Source: Octopus sinensis
Taxonomy: Eukaryota
Direction of reading: 5' to 3'
DNA: 64,000 nucleotides
Assembly (NCBI RefSeq): GCF_006345805.1
Contig: NC_043012.1
Location: 17,546,001-17,610,000, forward strand
Shown piece after piece: positions 1 to 11,150 of the stretch. The notes below the pieces were generated by a model. The model did not search any database. It had not been told where the DNA came from and saw only the letters and a list, made by a program, of their open reading frames with translations. Position 1 is the stretch's first letter. Each line of letters begins with the position of its first letter. A program made the position numbers and the translations under genes.

Positions 1-693
1 CTAACGTTTCTGTCAGCTCGCCGTCTAGGGAGTCGATAAAAATAATGTTCCAATTATGTTATGAAGTAGATTTCCTCGGTTATGCACTACCCAACACTTA
101 TGAAAAAGGTGAAACATCAATACAAGTGCACGGAGCGAGCATATTTTGCCACTAAATATAATACCGTTGAGGTGAGGAGACGGATTGTATTCAAGATTGA
201 AACAAAATAAATTTTTCCTGGGACGCATGAGCATCAGATATTTCTATTATTGTTTAGTCTCAGGTCATCTCTGATCAAGCAGATAACTGTTTAACACTTT
301 CGAGCCATGGCTATCCTTTATAATTCAAGACAAAGCATACAAGAATTTAAAATACATTACGTGCTTCTGTTCGATAGTAAGATATATTTTGTGTGATTTT
401 ACCCGATATTTCTCGGAGAATGTGTTGGTATGTAAATGGCTCTTCCTAAAAGCTTAAAAGAGAATAATTGCGATGAAATTATGATTTCTAATTTAGTCTC
501 AAGGGCAGCAATTTTAAGGTGAGTGGCTCGTCGATACCATTGGCCCCGATGCGCGAATGAATGAAAGGAAGAGTTTACCTTTGAGGGATTTGAACTCACA
601 ACGTGTGTATGTATGTATGTATGTATGTATATGTATGTATGTATGTATGTACGTATGTATGTATGTATGTATGGATGGATGGATGGATGGGTG

Positions 694-1107
694 TATTCTT
701 TTATTCTTTTACTTGTTTCAGTCATTTGACTGCGGCCATGCTGGAGAACCGCCTTCAGTTGAGCAAACCGACCCCAGAACTTATTCTTTGTAAGCCTAAT
801 ACTTATTCTATTGGTCTCTTTTGCCGAACCGCTAAGTTACGGGGAGGTAAACGCACCAACATCTGTTGTCAAGCGATGGTGGTGGTGGGGGGGGGCAAAA
901 ACAGACACACAAACATGCACACACACATACACACACGTATATATATGACAAGCTTCTTTTAGTTTCCGCCTATCAAACCCACTCACAATGTTTTGATCGT
1001 CTCGAGGCTATAGTAGGAGGCACTTGCCCAAGGTGTCACGCTGTGGGACCGAACCCAGAACCATGTGGTTGGTAAGCCAGATACTTACCATACAACCAAC
1101 CTGTGCT
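694..1107 (-). mobile_element. tRNA-head SINE family A (CORE-like) with internal (CA)n/(TA)n
   Basis: Minus strand has a tRNA-like head followed by CCTTGGGCAAGTG, an internal microsatellite and the body ending CAGCATGGCCGCAGTCAAATGACTGAAACAAGTAAAAGAATA. Homologous copies at 5040, 8615, 31215, 53752 and 56402. Confidence 0.88.
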
Positions 1108-1217
1108 TATGTATGTATAAATGTATATATTAAATTATTTAATTGCTCAATTTATTATTTTGGTTTCCATTTCTAATTTATATACATATATGTGAAAATA
1201 TCTGTTCCGTTCTGGCT

Positions 1218-1321
1218 ATTTCTTACTGACGAATCTAAGGGCCTATGGAAGATTGGCTTGATAATTTAATCAGGTATTTACCATTAAGTATACATAGATA
1301 ACGGTGCATCGTATAAGAAAT
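1218..1321 (+). ncRNA. Type I hammerhead ribozyme motif, copy 1 (core lesion: GAAA reads AA)
   Basis: Stem I ATTTCTTA(1218-25)/TAAGAAAT(1314-21); CTGACGA 1226-32; stem II ATCTA/TAGAT(1295-99); then AACG-GTGCAT-CGTA, two nt short of GAAACG. Predicted cleavage after 1313. Confidence 0.7.
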
Positions 1322-1698
1322 TACAGGGTAAAGTTTTTTAATTCTCCTGGTTTGCGGAATTAATTTATTTTGCGTTGAAGCTTTGCTGTTATTTCTAGTG
1401 GGTGAATGGCCTATTATGGCCGTTCCTTGATTGTGATGTTGAACTTATAAATGGTCTATGACTATTAATTTTTTCCCACTAGGCCGCTGGTGGCAAAAAA
1501 ATTCTACAAAATTTTTTTTTTGCCACCCTATATTGAATAATATGAATTTTCTGGTTGATTCCGTAATGGAATCGGCGGCTTATATTTATTTGCTGCCGAT
1601 AAATTTGGCCGCGAGTGCGATGATTTGAAAATTTTAGGTCAGATATTGCCGAGGCAGGGACAGAAATGCCTCGTGAAAATATCTGTTCCGTTCTGGCT

Positions 1699-1804
1699 AT
1701 TTCTTACTGACGAATCTAAGGGCCTATGGAAGATTGGCTTGATTTAATTTAATCAGGTTAGTTTACCATTAAACAGTAGAGAAACGGTGCATCGTATAAG
1801 AAAT
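1699..1804 (+). ncRNA. Type I hammerhead ribozyme motif, copy 2
   Basis: ATTTCTTA(1699-1706) CTGACGA(1707-13) ATCTA...TAGA GAAACG GTGCAT CGTA(1793-96) TAAGAAAT(1797-1804). Lacks one T at the base of stem II. Predicted cleavage after 1796. Confidence 0.82.
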
Positions 1805-2184
1805 TACAGGGTAAATGTTTTTTAATTTTCTCCTGGTTTGCGGAATTAATGTTATTGCGGTTGAAGCTGTGGCTGTTATTTCTAGTGGGTGAATGGCCTA
1901 TTATGGCCGTTCCTTGATTGTGATGTTGAACTTATAAATGGTCTATGACTATTTAATTTTTTCCCACTAGGCCGCTGGTGGCAAAAAAATTCTACAAAAT
2001 TTTTTTTTTGCCACCTATATTGAATAATTATGAATTTTCTGGTTGATTCCGTAATGGAATCGGCGGCTTATATTTATTTGCTGCCGATAAAATTGGCGCG
2101 AGTGCGATGATTTGAAATTTTAGGTCAGATATTGCCGCGGCAGGGACAGAAATGCCTCGTGAAAATATCTGTTCCGTTCTGGCT

Positions 2185-2289
2185 ATTTCTTACTGACGAA
2201 TCTAAGGGCCTATGAAGATTGGCTTGATTTAATTTAATCAGGTTAGTTTACCATTAAACAGTAGATGAAACGGTGCATGTATAAGAAAT
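2185..2289 (+). ncRNA. Type I hammerhead ribozyme motif, copy 3 (complete catalytic core)
   Basis: ATTTCTTA(2185-92) CTGACGA(2193-99) ATCTA...TAGAT(2262-66) GAAACG GTGCA TGTA TAAGAAAT(2282-89). Stem III has a G-U in place of a G-C pair. Predicted GUA cleavage after 2281. Confidence 0.85.
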
Positions 2290-2420
2290 TACAGGGTAAA
2301 TGTTTTTTAATTTTTCTCTGGTTTGCGGAATTAATGTTATTTTGCGGTTGAAGCTTTGGCTGTTATTTCTAGTGGGTGAATGGCCTATTATGGCCGTTCC
2401 TTGATTGTGATGTTGAACAT

Positions 2421-2425
2421 ATATG

Positions 2426-2500
<75 letters not shown>

Positions 2501-2540
2501 CATATATATATATATATGCATATATATATATAATATATAT

Positions 2541-2616
<76 letters not shown>

Positions 2617-2763
2617 TGGAAATGGAAACAAAATAATAAATTGAACAATTAAATAATTTAATATATACATTTATACATAACTAGGCACACACACACACAT
2701 ATATATATCAAATCAGTGTTATATACGGTATATTGTATATATTATATATATAATATAATATAG

Positions 2764-2794
<31 letters not shown>

Positions 2795-2960
2795 GTGTGT
2801 GTGTGTGTATGAATTGAATATATATTCATATAGGGTGTACACAAGCTCATACACGAACACACACGAACGCACGCGCGCACACACTTAAACGCACATATAC
2901 AAACATATACACACATACGCAAACACGCGCACACACATACAAACACATACACATACATGC
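2421..2960. repeat. (TA)n and (CA/TG)n microsatellite complex
   Basis: Directly visible dinucleotide runs. Confidence 0.95.
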
Positions 2961-4329
2961 ACGCACGGATGCGTGTATTGGTGAAATTTGAACTAAGTAT
3001 GTAGAATCCGTACATTTACCCCAAACCATTTTTCAGACAAATTAACAGTTCTGCCAAGCGGTTGTCTTGGTAAATGTGTTCGATGTCCATAAATGAATGG
3101 GTTGGGCGGGGTGGGAGACACGCTTGCAGTGTGTAATAGTAGACAGTCATGGACATCATTTGTGAAGTGAAAACGAAAAAAAGGAAGAACATCTCAGCAT
3201 CGTCTCTCGAACTCCTAAAAATGGCAGCCTTATTTCCCTCAGAATTCACCTAACTGTTAAATACATAAAAAAAGAAAAAAAAGAAGAAAGAGTTGTTATG
3301 GCTTGAAGGAATTCGATGATTAGACAGATCGATCATAGTTGAGCAAAGGCTACAAAAAAATAATAATAACAAGAATTCCAACACCAATAAAACGAAGTCA
3401 GAAAATGGTGCGAGTCGGTACAAGTGCGGAAACATTTCTTTTTGATCTCTCTTGTATTAAATCCTTTTTGCACGAAAGGATGGTATTTCAGAAATATTTT
3501 ACTGCTATTTCTTGCAAGAGAATCAACCACATACAGGCTCTTTCACTGTCTCCTAAAAGTGAATGTTTACGTTCCGAAGATTCTATGGGTTTTGCATGCT
3601 TTTTATAGTGAGGTTATTAAGGATTACAGGATTCAGCTTGGAATTAATCGAATGTTGTTGGTTGCTGGTGAGGTTTTGCAAAAGGTATAATCTGACGGAG
3701 CATACCTGTACTCAAGAGCGCGCCCGTCGATTAAACCAGTTTTTTAGACACTGTAAATCTAGACTGTCATAAAATTCAATATGTCTGTATAATTTTAAAG
3801 CGTTAGGATAACGTCTTCCAGCCATTTTGCTACCATGCCTAATAAGTCCAAAGCTCGCGAACTGATCGATTTCAGCTGAAACTGATACCATCAAATTGTG
3901 TTTTAAGGTCTTAATGTATCTAGGAATCCACTGTCCTATGTGCATATTTATATTTAAGATGGTAGGATAACATGTTTGAAGAAATTTTGGTGTTTTGTCT
4001 AATAAGTTAAGTGCCGGCTACCGGATCAGTTTTGGCATTGCATACGTCTAAGCTCATACCATCGAGTATTTTTTTAAGGCTAAGTGTATCTAGAACTTTG
4101 TGATCTAATGTTCTGACATTTTCTTGCTTTAAAGTCAGGCTAAACAATCATAACTGACTTGCAGCTAAGCAAGAGCAACATCCACCGAATCATTGATAGC
4201 AACAGTAAGAGATTAATACTAAGAATAGCTGCAACGTGTTTAGAATCAATAAAACCAACAACTGCGAGTCTAAAATATGACGATGAGGAAGATGAAGTAG
4301 AAGAAGAAGGCTAATATCAACAGCAACAA

Positions 4330-4355
4330 CAACAAAAATAATAATAATGATAATA

Positions 4356-4417
<62 letters not shown>

Positions 4418-4447
4418 ATATTATTATTATTATTATCTTTATTATTA
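4330..4447. repeat. (AAT)n switching to (ATT)n microsatellite
   Basis: AAT run to ~4407, then the complementary ATT run. Confidence 0.9.
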
Positions 4448-4774
4448 TCCTACGTATTTCAATAGTACAACCCAAATAACACATCCACTAACAGAAGGCA
4501 CACACTATACAGTAAATATCCAATAAAATAAACAGCCCTCAGAACATGTACTCTACAGATCTGATACCCAACAGAAGAACACAACTAGCATTGCGCACAG
4601 AAACACAAAATACAAAAAACGATACGCAAAAAGACTGTATCTAAATCCGATATAACTGGACAAGCGAGCGCAATACAATACCGGAAAAAAAACATTGCAC
4701 TTCCCCAGCAACAAAAGCAAAAAAAAAAAAAAACAACGCAATACCGCACACACCTCTGGAACGGGGAGGCGTAG

Positions 4775-5015
4775 CCTGTCCCAATCGATATAAACGTATC
4801 TGTGAAGGCCTATCAAAAACTGAAGATCTCGAAATAGAAATTAGCAAAACGTGTCCCTATTGTGATCGGAGCATTGGGTTCAAAATCACTCAACGTGAAG
4901 AGACATCTGGAAACTTTAGAAATACTCTACAACCTAGGTGTATTACAAAAGTCGGCATTACTTGGAACTGCACGCATATTGTGTAAAGTACGGTCTGTCT
5001 GCGGTCCATGTACGC
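4775..5015 (+). mobile_element. R4/Dong-type non-LTR retrotransposon, decayed C-terminal RLE fragment
   Basis: Frames give AVPIDINVSVK, EDLEIEISK and PIVIGALGSKSLNVKRHLETLEILYNLGVLQKSALLGTARILCKV, matching the R4-clade C-terminal pattern (VIGALG...LQK..LLGTA.IL). Confidence 0.75.
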
Positions 5016-5039
5016 ATAACATGTACAAACTATATCTAA

Positions 5040-5211
5040 AGGCGCATGGAGTGACTTTGTGCTTCCCAACCACATGGCACCGGGTTCAGTCCCACTGCGT
5101 TGCACATTGGGCAAGTATCATCTACTATAGTCACGGGGAGTGTGAGTGGTCTTGGTAGACGGAAACTGAAAGAAGCCCGTCATATATACCTGTATATATA
5201 TATATATTATA

Positions 5212-5251
<40 letters not shown>

Positions 5252-5462
5252 TAGTTATCTGTGTCTGCGTTTGTCCCCCTCATCTCTTGACAACCGTGTG
5301 TTGGTGTGTTTACGTCCCTGTAACATAGCGGTTCGGAAAAAAGAGACAGTTAGAATAAGTACAAGGCTTACAATGAATAAGTCATGCGGTTCGATTTGTT
5401 CGACTAAAGGTGGTGCTACAGCATCGCCATATTCAAATTACTGAAAGAAGTCGAAGAAAAAA
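5040..5462 (+). mobile_element. SINE family A, full-length, with internal (TA)n
   Basis: Head CCGGGTTCAGTCCCACTGCGTTGCACATTGGGCAAG, GACGGAAACTGAAAGAAGCCCGTC, (TA)n, then the family A body. Confidence 0.85.
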
Positions 5463-5613
5463 TGAAAAACTATATATACGCTCACACACACATATACACA
5501 CACACACACGCCACTCATCGCGGGCACGTACCCCCTCCCAAACGCACACACGCACCCATACATTCTCGCACATTCAGACGCAGACGTTTACAGATATACT
5601 CTCGCTCTCTCTT

Positions 5614-5753
5614 ATACTCTTTTACTTGTTTCAGTCATTTGACTCTGGCCATGCTGGAGCACCACCTTTTAGTCGAGCAAATCGCCCCCAGGACTTATTC
5701 TTTGTATACCTAACACTTATTCTATCGCCTTTTTTTTGCCGAACCGCATCGGT

Positions 5754-5757
<4 letters not shown>
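5614..5757 (-). mobile_element. SINE family A 3' part, interrupted by the RTE insertion
   Basis: CTTTTACTTGTTTCAGTCATTTGACTCTGGCCATGCTGGAGCACC...GCCGAACCGC, then (TA)n. Confidence 0.8.
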
Positions 5758-5813
<56 letters not shown>

Positions 5814-5818
<5 letters not shown>

Positions 5819-8320
5819 ATTGTATTGTATGGCATCCTTCTGTCTCGGGAGACAATGGAGTTGCGCATTTTTTTTTTTCTAGGTCTAGTCCGGCTGTATA
5901 TTTTTATTTCCTGTTACATTTCTTGCTGTGGCTGTGTAGTCCTATCCTGGACAAACACACCTCTGGCAGATACTGCAAATGTAGCGAAGACTGTTCCTGG
6001 CTGGTTGTAGTGCCATGGTCTCTTGTTTATGTCTCTTCCTTTCTTTCCATTCTCCTCTCTCTTTCTTCTCTCTTCTCCGTCACTCCTCTGTATACCCTCT
6101 TTTACTGTACGTGTCGTCGCCATTCTCCACGGTTGCGGCGACTGCCTTCCCAACCGCTAATGTTGATGTTGCAGGCCTTCATATCCCTTTTGCAAACATC
6201 CTTGTAACGTAAGATCGGTCTACCCACAGACTTAGTACCCCTAGCAAGCTCTCCGTAGAGTATGTCCTTGGGGATTCTGCCATCTTTCATACGGCTAACA
6301 TGCCCAAGCCATCTCATACGTCTTTGTGTGAGGAGTGCAAACATGCTTGGTATTCCTGCTTGCCTGAGGACATCTTTGTTGGGGATATGATTCTGCCATT
6401 TGATGTGGAGGATTTTTCGGAGGCAGCGCAGGTGAAAGATGTTTAGGCGACGCTCTGGCGTGTGTATAGCGTCCAGGTCTCGCTTCCATACAGTAGAGTG
6501 CTGAGTACACATGCCTGGTAGATCTTCTTTTTGTGGTCTTGGTCAGCTTATTGTTGTCCCAAGCCCGTTTGGAGAGTTGGGCCATCGCAGCAGCTGCCTT
6601 GCCAATGCGTATATTGAGCTCAGCGTCAAGGGATAGGTTGTAGGTGACGGTAGAGCCCAGATAGGTAAACTTCTCCACCCTCTTGTAATCTGTGGTCTCC
6701 AATATGTATGTTTGGGATGTCCGATGTAGCCTGGCCCCATGATGTTGGTCTTCTTAAGGCTGATAGCTAAGCCAAAGTCGTTACATGCTTGCTCAAAACA
6801 GTTAATGAGCTTTGGAGGGCTTCTTCTTTGTGTGTTTACCAGAGCGGCATCATCAGCAAATAACATCTCCTTGATCAGGACGTTTCTGATTTTGGTCTTG
6901 GCACGCAGGCGCGAGAGATTGAACAGTTTCCCATCACTTCTACTGTGCAGAAACACTCCATCATCTGATGTCTGAAAGGCATGTGACAGTAAGAGTGAGA
7001 AGAAGATGCCAAACAATGTAGGAGCGAGGACACAGACTTGCTTTAACCCCCTTTTTATTTGGAAGGCGGCTGATGTTGAACCGTTTTCTGTATGGTGCCT
7101 TGCAGTCATCATGGAAAGACTTGATGATCCTCAGCAGCTTTGGTGGACATCCGATTTTTTGGAGCAGGAGGAAGAGGCCTGTTCTGCTTACCGAGTCAAA
7201 AGCCTTTGTTAGATCAATGAAGGCCATATATAATGGCATTTTCTGCTCTCTGGACTTCTCCTGAAGTTGGCGTATGGAGAATATCATATCGATAGTTGAT
7301 CTGCTTCTTCTAAAGCCACATTGCGATTCCGGATAGATTCGAGAAGCAAGTAGTTGTAGCCTGGCCAGGATAACGCGGGCAAAGGTCTTTCCAACAGTGC
7401 TTAGAAGGGATATACCACGGTAATTGTTACAATCACCACGGTCACCTTTGTTTTTGTAGAGCGTAATGATGTTGGCATCCCGCATATCCGAGGGACTGTA
7501 CCCTCTTCCCAGCACTGACACAGAAGCTCATGAAGGTGCCGAAGGAGGATGGTGTTTTTTGCCGGCTTTGATGATCTCTGAGGGGATGCCGTCTTTTCCC
7601 GGAGCCTTATTTCTTGCTAGGGAGTCAACAGCCTTGGTGAGCTCTGCTATAGATGGCGGACTGTCAAGTTCGCACATGACTGCAAGATCTTGACACTCTC
7701 GACTGCACCTCAGCCACTGTGGTCTCCCGTGAGTAGAGATCCTGGTAGTGCTCCACCCATCTATCCATTTGCTTGCCTTGATCCCTGATGAGATCTCCAG
7801 TAGTTGATTTCAAGGGGCTGACTTGGTTGCGGATGGACGGAGGGCCTTCTTCAAACCGGCATACATCCCACGGGTGTCGCCCCTGTCAGCAGCTGACTGG
7901 ATACTCTGACAGATTTCCTGCCAATACCTATTTGCACAGCGTCTGGCTGTCAGTTGGGTTTTATTTCGTGCCTTTCTGAGTTCTTCGAGTGACTTTGTAG
8001 AAGAGTCACTCTTGTATTGCACCAGAGCTGCACGCTTTGCTTCGATAACTGGCTCCAGCTCTGAGAGCCCAGCATTGAACCAATCTGGGTTTTGCCTTTC
8101 TCTCATGCCGAAAGTATCCAATGATGTCGTATACAAGGCTTCTCCCTAAAAAAGTCCATCGCTCCAAGAAAGTGGGCCGACCACGCATCAACACCGCCAG
8201 AACCTCGGACCCTACACTGCGAAAATGTTTTGCTGCTTCTATCAAGGTTGCCCTCAGTAGCTGCCCAACCTCCTCTGCTGAAAGTAGGTGGGACTATATC
8301 AGGAGCCTGTACCTCATTGG
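5814..8320 (-). mobile_element. RTE-clade LINE, 5'-truncated, frameshifted RT pseudo-ORF with intact 3' end
   Basis: Overlapping minus ORFs give KNKGDRGDCNNYRGISLLS, YPESQCGFR, FIDLTKAFDSV, LAPTLF, LFADDAAL, FTYLGS, RMRWLGHVSRM, GRPILRYKD and a terminal Cys/His motif. 3' UTR CCATTGTCTCCCGAGACAGAAGGATGCCA and a (TACAA)3 tail at 5814-5830. Confidence 0.95.
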
Positions 8321-8334
8321 ATATATAGATATAT

Positions 8335-8413
<79 letters not shown>

Positions 8414-8417
<4 letters not shown>

Positions 8418-8565
8418 CGGGCTTCTTTCAATGTCTGTCTACCAGATCCATTCACAAGGCTTTTGGTCAGCTCGAGGCTATAGTGGAAGACACTAAGCCC
8501 AAGGTGGCACGCAGTGGGGCTGAACCCGGATCCATGTGGCTCGTAAGCAAGCTACTTACCACACA
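8414..8565 (-). mobile_element. SINE family A head (5' part of the interrupted copy)
   Basis: CGACGGGCTTCTTTCA...CCCAAGGTGGCACGCAGTGGGGCTGAACCCGG...CTACTTACCAC directly after (TA)n 8321-8413. Confidence 0.8.
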
Positions 8566-8614
8566 TATGTATATATGCCTACGTATATATATATATATTT
8601 TTTTTTCTTTAATT

Positions 8615-9005
8615 TATTTATTTGTTTCTGTCATTTGAGTGCGGCCATGCTGGAGCACCAACTTTAGTCGAACAAATCGATCCCATGACTTATTCTTTGG
8701 AAGCCTAGTACATATTCTATCGGTAACATTTCCCCAACCACTAAGTTACGGGGATGTAAACACACCAACGTCAGTTGTCAATCGATGGTGGGAGGAGAAA
8801 CACAAACACATAAACACACACACACACTCACATACACAAACACACATACGATGGGTTTCTTTCAGTTTCCATCTACTAAATCCACTCACAAGGCTTTGGT
8901 TGGCCTGAGGCTATAGCAGAAGACACTTGCCCAAAGTGCCACGCACTGGGACTGAACCCCGAACGATGCGGTTGGTAACCAAGCTGTTTAACACACAGCC
9001 ACTCC

Positions 9006-9010
<5 letters not shown>
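8615..9010 (-). mobile_element. SINE family A, full-length
   Basis: Same body, (CA)n linker and tRNA-like head as the 694-1107 copy. Confidence 0.88.
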
Positions 9011-9044
<34 letters not shown>

Positions 9045-9207
9045 TTTATATATATATGTATGCATGCATGTGTGTGTGTATGTATCTCTCTCACTTTGCT
9101 TGTCTGTTTGTCTCTCTATCTCTGTCTTCTGTCTTTGTCTCTCTCTCTCTCTCTATCCGTCTGTCCTCCTCTCTCTCTCACTACATACACACACACACAC
9201 AACACAC

Positions 9208-9259
<52 letters not shown>

Positions 9260-9839
9260 GTGTGGGAGAGAGTGAAACAAGAGACTTCTGCCACGTGAGT
9301 AACGTATAACGGAGCAGCGGAGATTGCTTTGGAAGTTGATATAATTGATGATTGTTGCATAAAACTGCAGTTTTATTGCTGCATGTGTATGAAGCGATTG
9401 TGAAGTAACTTTGCATGGAGAGTGTATCAATGAAATCCAGCTGTGATGTTGAAAAGAAAAGAGCGCAATCACACGCATTGAATTTTAATAGTCAGAAGTG
9501 AAAGAAGGTGAAAGACATTGATGGAGATTGAAAGATAAAAAGATGTATGCAGATATATATATATACATCTGTATATGCATATATGTAAGTAATGCATGTA
9601 CGTGTGTGTATGTGTGTATGTATGTATGTACGTATGTGTGTTTGTAGGTATATAAGTGCACGCGCGTATGTATGCGTGTGTATATGTATGTGTGTATGGA
9701 TGTATATATGTATGTATGTGTGTGTATGTATGTATGCATGTATGCATGTGTGCTTGTGTATATATTTATGCATGTATGTATGTATGTATGTATATATGTA
9801 TGTATGCATATATATATATGTATGCATACATATATATAT

Positions 9840-10235
9840 ATGTGATATAAGATGGACAAGAACGCCAAAACTGCCAGACAGTTGGGTGATACAAAAAAAG
9901 GGACATCAAAACCTCTAGATAGACGATAAAAGAAACACGGACGGGCCATTTGGAGTTTTTTTTACTCGGTAGAGTTGCAGATTATCTTTGCAATTTCGGG
10001 TCTTTATACTCGAGATTGAACCAATTTGGCCAGCCCCAAAGAAAAACTAAGCTAAGAGCAATCTCGAGTATAACCAGCTGAATTTGCAAAGATAATCTGA
10101 AACTCGACTGAGGAAAGAAAACTCCAAATGGCCAGTCATTATTTGCTTTGTATCGTCTGTCTAGTTTTGTTTTCCCTTTTTGCTTCCACCTAACTGTCTG
10201 GATGTTTTGCGTTCTTGTCCCATTTTGTATCGTAT
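9840..10235. mobile_element. Foldback/MITE-like element, ~175-bp inverted arms, 40-nt spacer
   Basis: Left arm ...GGCCATTTGGAGTTTT...CAGATTATCTTTGCAA...TATACTCGAGATTG (ends 10018) is reverse-complemented from 10059 (CAATCTCGAGTATA...TTGCAAAGATAATCTG...AAAACTCCAAATGGCC). Flanked by (TA)n-rich sequence. Confidence 0.85.
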
Positions 10236-10636
10236 ATATATAACTAGCGGCGTACGTACACTTTGATCTCTCATATGTATATATATATATATAAATACAT
10301 GAGTGTATTTTTACCTTGTTAACAATTAACACGGAAAAATAAATAAATAGTTACCAGGGCAGCAAAAATCTCACAAGTAAAGATGTTGTAACTCCTTGTT
10401 TATAAAGGTTGAAACTTCGTTTTTACGTTGAATAAGATTGCATTGTTTATACCATTTATTCTTTTGAATAGTATCAGTGGAATTTTCGAAACATGTGTAG
10501 AAAGTAAAAATACTTGTTTAAACCTGCGTTAACTCCATTTTTTATTCATATTTTAGTAGAAGAAATAGCTATAACCCTTTGACTGCTATTTCTAATTCGG
10601 TATGTGGTAAGGCAACTCGTTGCTAAACCCTGCTTA

Positions 10637-10683
<47 letters not shown>

Positions 10684-11107
10684 TACATATACATACATAC
10701 ACACACACTCACACCACACACACACACACACATATATATATATAATATATATTATACACATATGTATGTATATATGTATCTATTAGATGCACACATGCAT
10801 ATATTTACATATATATATATATGTGTATATATATGTATATATATGTGGGTGTGTATGTATATATATGTACAAACACATAAATACCCGTGTATCTTGAGTG
10901 CACGTCTGTTCTTAGTCTTGTGTCAGAATATCAGAGTAAGTGTTTGTGAAGTCTTTCACCTTCGGAGATCCTACTTTTCAAATATTCTATTGGGATTCAA
11001 AGAATGTTTCATCCATTATTTTCCACATATCAGCATCCGCACATGCATACGAGCGCGCGCGCACACACACTCTCATGCACGCGCGCGCACACACACAAAC
11101 ACATGCG

Positions 11108-11150
<43 letters not shown>

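Larger units (their letters stand above)
1192..2420 (+). repeat. Tandem array, ~2.5 copies of a ~483-bp unit (retrozyme-like)
   Basis: TCTGTTCCGTTCTGGCTATTTCTTACTGACGA recurs at 1201, 1682 and 2168 (periods 481 and 486). Copies differ mostly by small indels. The third copy breaks off at ~2420 into (TA)n. Confidence 0.97.

Noticed and set aside
1205-1232. Alternative type III hammerhead fold using upstream CCGTT
   Set aside because: The required stem I hairpin (CTGGCTATTTCTTA) cannot pair. The type I fold has a perfect 8-bp stem I.
1192-2420. Interpretation as CRISPR array or coding repeat
   Set aside because: The units are ~483 bp with no unique spacers and no convincing ORF on either strand.
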